DNA of 52,194 bases from Clostridia bacterium (GTDB taxonomy: Bacteria; Bacillota; Clostridia; Oscillospirales; RGIG8002). The DNA lies in assembly GCA_017616855.1 (NCBI GenBank), contig JAFZXI010000064.1, positions 1 through 52,194 of the forward strand. Direction: 5' to 3'. The notes below the pieces were generated by a model. It was not told the origin of the DNA, did not search any database, and saw nothing but the letters and a program-made list of their open reading frames with translations. A program made the position numbers and the translations under genes. Of the stretch, positions 45,811 through 52,194 are shown piece by piece; within the stretch, counting starts at the first letter, position 1; every line of letters starts with the position of its first letter.

Positions 45811-46894
45811 TTATGTTTTTTCTCCCCTTAAAGTAATAATACAGCATGAACAGCCCGCAGGCGAAAACGCAGATATAGAATGAAAGGGTTCTGCTCAACA
45901 ACTCGAGGGTTCCCGGCTCAACGCTCGACTTTGTGATAAGATTGCTGAAGCCGTCTATCATCAGATAGTCGGTTATGCCGATTGAACCGGGTATCGGCAT
46001 GAATGTGGATCCGAGCAGAACGTAAATCTGCATGACGAAGATGTTGAATATTTCCGCTCCGCGCCCTCCGAGCGCGATAAACGTAAACATCGTGACCGAT
46101 ATGACCGAAGCGCGCTGAAGGATGTTAATTCCGAGCACCTTGAACATCATCGGACGCTTTCCGTGCAGGTATTCGGCGTATCTGTCGTATTCCGCCATTT
46201 TTTCGTCAAAAGTGTTCAGAAGCTTGTCTTTATCACGGACGAGGTGAAGTTTCCCAAGCAGTCGGATAAGGCGTTTGCCGATGCCGTGGAGTATTCGCTT
46301 GTTCTTTATCAGCAGCAGCACGAGCGCGGCGAGCGTGAATTGTATTACGGTGCCGACTATTATCATGATGCGCGATACGACGCTGAATTTCAAGAAAAGC
46401 GAAGGGCGCGCTATGAACGCGAATATGCCGAGTACCGCGATGGAAAGAGTGTACATCAGCAGGTTGACCAGCAAGGCGATAGCGGCGAAAACGCCCGGGA
46501 TACCGTCCTTTATCATTACGTACGCCTGTGCGGGTTGTCCGCCGGTCGCGGACGGAGTAATTGAAGAAAAATAGAACCCGGTTGAAGAATAAAGCAATCC
46601 GCTTTTAAGGCGCCTGCCGTAGCCGAATGAACGGCATATATACATCAGCGAAAGCGCTTCAAACAGGATGTAGCCGAATGTGCCGCACACGGCGGCAACT
46701 ATCCACGGGGCGGAAGCGGAACTAACGCTTTTGAAGAATTCGCTGAAATGAAAGTTACGGTTAAACGAAGTTACCGCAACCACACTCAGCGCTGCAATCA
46801 CTATGAATAATACCGACCATAGGACGCGATGGGAGCGCTTATTGTTTTGCTCCCCGCCGATTTCGGGATCGGGAAGAAAGCTACTGCTGCTCAA
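45794..46894 (-). CDS. Lysylphosphatidylglycerol-synthase TM (flippase-like) domain protein
   Basis: FSSITPSATGGQP, PIPGSIG, R.LSFY; multi-TM. Confidence 0.85.
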   Translation of the reverse strand: MSSSSFLPDPEIGGEQNNKRSHRVLWSVLFIVIAALSVVAVTSFNRNFHFSEFFKSVSSASAPWIVAAVCGTFGYILFEALSLMYICRSFGYGRRLKSGLLYSSTGFYFSSITPSATGGQPAQAYVMIKDGIPGVFAAIALLVNLLMYTLSIAVLGIFAFIARPSLFLKFSVVSRIMIIVGTVIQFTLAALVLLLIKNKRILHGIGKRLIRLLGKLHLVRDKDKLLNTFDEKMAEYDRYAEYLHGKRPMMFKVLGINILQRASVISVTMFTFIALGGRGAEIFNIFVMQIYVLLGSTFMPIPGSIGITDYLMIDGFSNLITKSSVEPGTLELLSRTLSFYICVFACGLFMLYYYFKGRKNINDRNI

Positions 46895-47624
46895 GTGGTA
46901 TATCCTTTCGATTCGCCTTGTTCAGGCGTTTTTCGTTAATCTTCGCAAAAACTTTGTCGGCCCTTGTGAACCGGCAGATCAAGAATCCGAGCTCGCACAC
47001 GAGTATACCCGCGGGTATGTCAATCAGCACGTGCTGATGTATAAAGACCGTTGATGCGAAAACAAGTATCGTGAACACGACCGAAAACGGCGCGTACCAT
47101 TTGCGTATTCCTTTGACATAAAATGACGTGCGCAGACAAAACCAGCTTTCAAGACAGTGAATTGAGGGAAAGAGGTTTATCATAGGCGTGTCTATGAAGT
47201 GCATGCAAGCTACGAGTGTGTAGAATACTCCGCTTCCCGCAATCTCCGGTTTCGTCATTTCCGTAGGGTAGATAATAAATACAATCAGGCAGATTGCCTT
47301 CGCGATGATTTCTCCGGCGGTGAAGCGGTAGCAGAGTTCTTCGCTTTCTCTTGCGATAAGGGTGAAACCGATAAACCACTGCACGTATGAAAGAACATAG
47401 ATTATTATAAATACCGGTATGAGCGGTATATCTACTCCGAGAAAAATCGAGTTGACGTTCGCGACGGTGTCCTCAGCGAGCAAATGCGTCGGGCCGATTA
47501 TGCCGAGCATTAAAAGCAGCTTGGGAAGATAGTATACGAAACAGTTGAATATGAAAACGGTCAAGAGGGGAATGACCGCGTATTTGGGATATATCTTTCT
47601 TAAAAGGTCTAATATCCGCTTCAT
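46881..47624 (-). CDS. PAP2-superfamily membrane phosphatase/phosphotransferase (AUR1/IPCT-like)
   Basis: D.P.NLFPSIHC and STVFIHQHVLID motifs; about 6 TM. Confidence 0.82.
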   Translation of the reverse strand: MKRILDLLRKIYPKYAVIPLLTVFIFNCFVYYLPKLLLMLGIIGPTHLLAEDTVANVNSIFLGVDIPLIPVFIIIYVLSYVQWFIGFTLIARESEELCYRFTAGEIIAKAICLIVFIIYPTEMTKPEIAGSGVFYTLVACMHFIDTPMINLFPSIHCLESWFCLRTSFYVKGIRKWYAPFSVVFTILVFASTVFIHQHVLIDIPAGILVCELGFLICRFTRADKVFAKINEKRLNKANRKDIPLEQQ

Positions 47625-47758
47625 TTGCGACTCCTTAATTAAAGGCGCTTTTTAATTTCGGCATGATATGGTATTTTGCTTAATCATAAACAGTATACCA
47701 AATTATTAAAATAATATCAAGTTATTTTCATTTATTTTTAAAAAATATGGGGCGGCAA

Positions 47759-49033
47759 TCATATTACGCCTTCGTCAATACAACGCTCGACGAACTCGGC
47801 AAACAACGCCTCCGGCCAGGTGAACCACTCACGGGTGTATTCATAAGGATTGTCAACGTTAAATCCTTCGTGAAGGTGACGTTTTCCGGCGTCGGTCGAT
47901 GCTATTATTCCGAGTAATTCCCGCTTTTCTTCGGCATCGGTTGAGGTCAAGCCTTGCATGACGAGTGCCAAATGCCAGACGTAGTTCGGCGGAGTGTGCG
48001 GCGAACCGACGCCTTTAGCATATTTTCCGGAATAGTAATAGGGATTATCTTCACTGAGCAGGAAGCGGCGGGTATTTTTGTATATTTCATCATCCGCGGA
48101 TGCGTATCCGATATACGGTATTGAAAGCAAGCTCGGGACGTTGGCGTCGTCTATCATGGAATAATTGCCGTACCCGTCGGTTTCGCAAGCGTATATTCGG
48201 CCGTATTTTTCGTGATTGACGATACAGTAATTCTTAATTCCTGCGTCGATTTCATTACGGAGCGCGTCGCATTCGGCAGCGAGATCGGTATCTCCGCACG
48301 CGCTGCGCAGCATCTCTGCCGCGTAACCAAGCGTTACGACGGCGAACATTTCCGAAGCCGTCAGATATCCGTAAACGCAGCCGTCGTCGCTCGGACGGAA
48401 CGCCGACCACGTCATGCCGGTATATGCGACGTCGGCGCCGCGTCCTCCGTTGGGGAAATCATCAAGCTCAGTGCCGCCCTCCATGCGGATAAAATAGTAC
48501 GGAGAAAATTCACCGTGCCGCTGCTCAATCCTCCATTGATTGAGTATTATGCGCATGACGGCAGGCAGTTTTTCTTTTATTATCCCGGTTTTTCCGGTCT
48601 TTTTCCAGTATAGGTACAGCAGTCGCAGAGGATAGCAAAGGGAATCCACTTCGTATTTGCGCTCAAAAACCCAGTCGTTTATCTTCGGCAGGTCTTCTTT
48701 GTGTCCTTCTCCGTTTGGCTCAATATTGAAAGCGTTTGCGTACGAATCGATTTCAATATACATAAGCTGGCGCCTTATTACGCCTTCGATGATTTCCGCG
48801 ACTTCGGGATCGTTCGCGACGGTCAGATAATGGTTTACCTGCGCGGAGGAATCGCGCAGCCACATGGCCGGAATGTCTCCGGTCAAAACAAAGTATGTTC
48901 CGTCGGCGCATTTGCGGACCGCTGTTTCAATGGTACTTGCGCAGCAGTTGACGTATAATTCGCGAAGAGCGGGGTTTTCCAGCTTTCCGGCATAATAATC
49001 TATTCTGTTTTTTACTGCTATCGGTAGCCGCAT
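47759..49033 (-). CDS. Glycoside hydrolase family 125 (exo-alpha-1,6-mannosidase-like)
   Basis: TGDIPAMWLRDS, ERKYEVDSLCY, FRPSDD, DDANVPSLL, GSPHT, HEGF, TREWFTW; start moved to 49033 (GAGAGG). Confidence 0.92.
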   Translation of the reverse strand: MRLPIAVKNRIDYYAGKLENPALRELYVNCCASTIETAVRKCADGTYFVLTGDIPAMWLRDSSAQVNHYLTVANDPEVAEIIEGVIRRQLMYIEIDSYANAFNIEPNGEGHKEDLPKINDWVFERKYEVDSLCYPLRLLYLYWKKTGKTGIIKEKLPAVMRIILNQWRIEQRHGEFSPYYFIRMEGGTELDDFPNGGRGADVAYTGMTWSAFRPSDDGCVYGYLTASEMFAVVTLGYAAEMLRSACGDTDLAAECDALRNEIDAGIKNYCIVNHEKYGRIYACETDGYGNYSMIDDANVPSLLSIPYIGYASADDEIYKNTRRFLLSEDNPYYYSGKYAKGVGSPHTPPNYVWHLALVMQGLTSTDAEEKRELLGIIASTDAGKRHLHEGFNVDNPYEYTREWFTWPEALFAEFVERCIDEGVI

Positions 49034-49095
49034 TTCTATACCTCTCAAGTCGAACTTTAACTCATTATATAACAATTGCCGCCGTGTTTCAATAT

Positions 49096-49132
49096 AAAAA
49101 ACGGGTACCCGCATTTTACTGCGGATACCCGT
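49096..49132 (-). terminator. Terminator downstream of tRNA-Pro
   Basis: Imperfect ACGGGTA(T/C)CCGC stem with a T-tract on the minus strand. Confidence 0.65.
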
Positions 49133-49208
49133 GGTCCGAGTGACTGGAATCGAACCAGCGGCCCCTTGAACCCCATTCAAGTACTCTACCAAGCTGAGCT
49201 ACACCCGG
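49132..49208 (-). tRNA. tRNA-Pro(GGG)
   Basis: 77 nt CCGGGTGTAGCTCAGCTTGGTAGAG..CTTGA-ATGGGGT-TCAAG..GGTTCGATTCC..ACCA. Confidence 0.95.
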
Positions 49209-49378
49209 ATCGGTCAACGGTTATTAGTCTATCACAGCTTTGGTGAAAATGCAAGAGTAATTTTGATTATTAATTGAATATTTTAACTCTCGGCAGCGAG
49301 TAAAGATGAATAATTCGAGTTTTTTCAAGATATTCGTTAATTTTCACCATATTTTTTTCATAATTTAATAAAAATTAC

Positions 49379-49407
49379 TTGACAAATTGGTTTTACAGGC
49401 GTATCAT
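49379..49407 (+). promoter_or_regulatory. SigA promoter of the zinc-ribbon gene
   Basis: TTGACA-N17-TATCAT. Confidence 0.65.
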
Positions 49408-49523
49408 TATTACGCTTGAAAACAAGCGAGAAACTGCCCAGAAGGGAATTGAACACCCATCTTTCACTTCCGGTTCACGTCCGATTTTGAGCAAAACCAT
49501 TATTTTTGGAGGAAAACAAAACA

Positions 49524-49796
49524 ATGTACGAAGACAAGACCTTGGTATGCAAAGATTGCGGAGCCGAATTCGTGTTCACCGCCGGTGAGCAGGAGTTTTA
49601 CGCGGAGAGAGGCTTCCAGAACGAGCCTTCCAGATGCAAGGAATGCAGAGCTAACCGCAAGCGCGCCACCAGAGAAATGCACGAGACGACTTGTTCTCAG
49701 TGCGGCGGCGTTGCCAGAGTTCCGTTCCTGCCCCGTGACGACAGACCGGTTCTGTGCAGCGAGTGCTTCGCCAAGAGCAGAGAGCAGCAGCAGTAA
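49524..49796 (+). CDS. Zinc-ribbon protein (zf-trcl plus CxxC-x17-CxxC domain)
   Basis: DKTLVCKDCGAEFVFTAGEQEFYAERGFQNEPSRCKECR and CSQCG...VPF.P...RPVLCSECF; GGAGG RBS. Confidence 0.9.
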   Translation: MYEDKTLVCKDCGAEFVFTAGEQEFYAERGFQNEPSRCKECRANRKRATREMHETTCSQCGGVARVPFLPRDDRPVLCSECFAKSREQQQ

Positions 49797-49846
49797 TTAC
49801 AGCGCTCTGCATACCATGTAACCATATATTGCTTACAGGGTAAAAC

Positions 49847-49885
49847 AAAATGCGTTCCGAAATTCGGAACGCATTTGCTTTTTTT
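49847..49885 (+). terminator. Intrinsic terminator
   Basis: AAATGCGTTCCGA/TCGGAACGCATTT stem plus T-tract. Confidence 0.75.
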
Positions 49886-49933
49886 GAAATAATGTGTTAT
49901 AATATCAACATATTCACGAAAGGAAGTGCAATT

Positions 49934-50128
49934 ATGGTAGATAAAGATTGGATCATAGGTGCGGTGCTTGACAGATATCCCGATACGGCGGAGCTGTTCC
50001 TCGGTATAGGAATGCATTGCCTCGGCTGCCCCGGCGCGAGAAGCGAAACAATCGAGCAGGCGTGCATGGTCCACGGCGCTGATTGCGACGCGCTCGTAGA
50101 TGAGATAAACGCGCTTATCGGCGCATAA
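49934..50128 (+). CDS. DUF1858 domain protein (hybrid-cluster-associated redox disulfide domain)
   Basis: GMHCLGCP....ETIEQAC.VHG. Confidence 0.88.
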   Translation: MVDKDWIIGAVLDRYPDTAELFLGIGMHCLGCPGARSETIEQACMVHGADCDALVDEINALIGA

Positions 50129-50141
50129 AAGAAGGCGAATT

Positions 50142-50170
50142 GAAAACCGTCCGTCACGGACGGTTTTCTT
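50142..50170 (+). terminator. Intrinsic terminator
   Basis: GAAAACCGTCCG/CGGACGGTTTTC stem plus Ts. Confidence 0.75.
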
Positions 50171-50237
50171 TATTTTTGTATTGAATGAAAAGTCCGTATA
50201 TGGTATAATTACGAAAAGAAACAAACGGAGGGCGAGT

Positions 50238-50912
50238 ATGAAGCTTCCGCCGCGTCTTGAATATATACTGTCGCTGACGGAATCAAGCCGCCATACGGTC
50301 GACGTCGGCTCGGACCACGGCAAACTTGCGGTCGCGCTTGCGCTTTCCGGAAAAGCGGAGCGCGTTACCGCGAGCGACGTGAACGCCGGCCCGCTTTCAA
50401 AAGCGGAAGCGCTAATAGAAAAGCTCTGCGTCGGAGACAAAGTTGCAACGCGGCTCGCCGACGGGCTTAACGGCTTCGAATGCGAAGGCGTCGACCAGGT
50501 GATTATCGCCGGCATGGGCGGCGAGCTTATCCGCGACATAATTGCCGCGGCTCCGTGGGTCAAGGCGGACGGCGTCTTGCTGATTCTTCAGCCGATGACG
50601 ACCGCTCCTGAGCTTCGCAGGTATCTATTTGAAGAAGGATTCAGAATCGAACGCGAGGGAGCGGTAGTCGAGGGCAGACGTCCTTATGAGGTCATAACGG
50701 CGCGTTATGACGGCGTAGTACGCGAGTGTGCGCCGGAAGACGCGGAAATCGGCGGATTTTTAGATAAAGATGATTCGGCTGTCCGTGCGCTGCTTCTGAA
50801 AAAGAGGACGGCACTGAAGAAACGCCTGATTGGCGCTGAAAAAGAAAACAGCGGCGAAACGCTCACACTGAAACGCGTTATTGCCGAGATAGACAGACGA
50901 TTGGAGGAATAA
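50238..50912 (+). CDS. trmK: tRNA (adenine(22)-N1)-methyltransferase
   Basis: RL, DVGSDHGKL, DVNAGPL, DGL, IAGMGG, LQPM; start at ATG 50238 (GGAGGG). Confidence 0.9.
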   Translation: MKLPPRLEYILSLTESSRHTVDVGSDHGKLAVALALSGKAERVTASDVNAGPLSKAEALIEKLCVGDKVATRLADGLNGFECEGVDQVIIAGMGGELIRDIIAAAPWVKADGVLLILQPMTTAPELRRYLFEEGFRIEREGAVVEGRRPYEVITARYDGVVRECAPEDAEIGGFLDKDDSAVRALLLKKRTALKKRLIGAEKENSGETLTLKRVIAEIDRRLEE

Positions 50913-50914
50913 TC

Positions 50915-51694
50915 ATGGCATCGGTTGGCGAAATACTCAGTTTTTTATGGAAAGCGGCTCCGCAGGAACTTGCGGAGGGTTTCGATAACGTCGGCCTCAT
51001 CGCCGGCGACGAGGAAGTGAACGTTACGCGCGCGCTGCTCGCGCTCGACATAACCGAGGACGTTATCGCCGAGGCGGTCGAACAGAAGGCGCAGCTTATT
51101 ATCAGCCATCACCCCGTGGTTTTCGGCAACGTCAAACGCTTCACGCCGCAGGACTACGTGGCGAAACGCGCGTATTCACTTGTCCGCGCTGGCATTTCCG
51201 CTATCTGCATGCACACCAATCTTGACGCCGCTGACGACGGAGTGGGCGAAACGCTTGCGAAGAAAATCGGGCTTACGGATATTCGCGAGATAGAAGGCAC
51301 CGGCGAAAACGGCAACTGCGGCAGAATCGGCTTTCTTGAAGAGCCCGTCGAACCGGAATGGCTCGCTCTAAAGGTCAAGGACGAACTCGGCTGCGAAGCG
51401 GTCAGATACGTTTCCGGCGGCAGGAAGGTCAGCGCCGTCGCGGTCATCGGCGGCAGCGGGGGCGACTTCGCCGAGCTTGTCGCAAACTCCGGCGCCGACG
51501 CTTTCGTTACCGCGGACGTTAAGCATCACCAGTTTATATACGCGAAAGACAGCGGGCTGACGCTTATCGACGCCGGCCATTACGAAACCGAGTACCCGAT
51601 AATTCCCGAGCTGAAAAAGCGCCTCGAAGAGGAGTTTACAATGGTTAAGTTCACGCTTTCCGAATCGGGCAGCGTGATAAATACACTCTATTAA
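50915..51694 (+). CDS. Nif3-like dinuclear metal center protein
   Basis: DNVGL, ALD, SHHP, MHTNLD, GGSGG, DVKHH, DAGHYETE. Confidence 0.92.
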   Translation: MASVGEILSFLWKAAPQELAEGFDNVGLIAGDEEVNVTRALLALDITEDVIAEAVEQKAQLIISHHPVVFGNVKRFTPQDYVAKRAYSLVRAGISAICMHTNLDAADDGVGETLAKKIGLTDIREIEGTGENGNCGRIGFLEEPVEPEWLALKVKDELGCEAVRYVSGGRKVSAVAVIGGSGGDFAELVANSGADAFVTADVKHHQFIYAKDSGLTLIDAGHYETEYPIIPELKKRLEEEFTMVKFTLSESGSVINTLY

Positions 51695-51703
51695 GGACGT
51701 AAT

Positions 51704-52194
51704 ATGGCACTTGACGCAGCGTTTTTGAGTCTGATATGCAGGGAACTGAACGAGCGCGCCGCGGGGGCGAAGGTGGACAAGGTCTACCAGCCCGAACGCG
51801 ACGAGTTCGTTTTTGTGCTGCGCACTTACGGGAACTCGATGCGGCTGCGCGTTTCAGCGTCTTCGTCCACGCCCGCGGTTTATATCACCGCGCATACGAA
51901 AGATAATCCGAAGCAGGCGCCGACGCTCTGCATGCTCGCGCGAAAGCTCTTCATCGGCGGCAGATTCATATCCGCGGAGCAACCGGATGCCGAGCGCGTT
52001 ATAACACTGCGGTTTGAATGCACCGACGAAATGGGCGATACAGTCGAGCGCCGCGTGATAGCGGAAATCATGGGGCGGAGCAGCAACGTGCTGTTTACCG
52101 ACGCGAACGGCAGGATAACCGAGGCGGTAAAGCATGCCGGCGCAGATCCCGACGCCGCGCGCGTAATCATTGCAGGAATGCCTTACGTCATGCC
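51704..52194 (+). CDS. rqcH: NFACT family ribosome quality control factor RqcH/FbpA, truncated by the window end
   Basis: Not in the ORF track; MALDAAFL...GAKVDKVYQP...NPKQAPTLCMLARK...ERVI...EIMGRSSNVL. Confidence 0.88.
   Translation, partial: MALDAAFLSLICRELNERAAGAKVDKVYQPERDEFVFVLRTYGNSMRLRVSASSSTPAVYITAHTKDNPKQAPTLCMLARKLFIGGRFISAEQPDAERVITLRFECTDEMGDTVERRVIAEIMGRSSNVLFTDANGRITEAVKHAGADPDAARVIIAGMPYVM

Noticed and set aside
49034-49192. N-terminal extension of GH125
   Set aside because: Overlaps tRNA-Pro and its terminator; the RBS supports a start at 49033

Overview
52-kb, roughly 55-60% GC chromosomal window from a spore-forming member of the Clostridia, probably Oscillospiraceae/Ruminococcaceae-like (inferred from polC, spoIIE, dockerins and gene order). 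Most of it is housekeeping: plsC-like, nudix-msrC-msrA, tagA-tmk-DUF2156-GNAT-DJ1-5-FTHF cyclo-ligase, mltG-nnrD-lipoprotein-alr-mazF, aspS, trxA, tRNA-Leu(GAG), an ABC pair, DUF1846, cdd, spoIIE, rmuC, pyrH-frr-uppS-cdsA-dxr-rseP-ispG-polC, a PAP2-flippase-pssA-psd lipid operon, GH125, tRNA-Pro(GGG) and trmK-nif3-rqcH. The most interesting part is 32.6-44.2 kb, where two convergent operons encode three dockerin-tagged, non-carbohydrate-active secreted proteins. (i) An ECF sigma/anti-sigma pair precedes a subtilisin-dockerin and a protein made of two copies of that protease's own propeptide plus a dockerin (candidate tethered inhibitor/chaperone); low-GC cores sit between high-GC ends. (ii) A cobalamin-riboswitch-controlled ECF transporter operon is led by a tandem-DUF4430-dockerin protein and a membrane-split transcobalamin-like protein. 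Other features absent from the ORF track: a palindromic 124-bp tandem repeat, a 39-aa Cys/Gly-rich small protein, a SigF-like promoter on an antitoxin-less mazF, a Spo0A-type 21-bp-spacer spoIIE promoter and a probable leaderless tagA transcript. All family calls come from motif recognition by eye; no searches were run.
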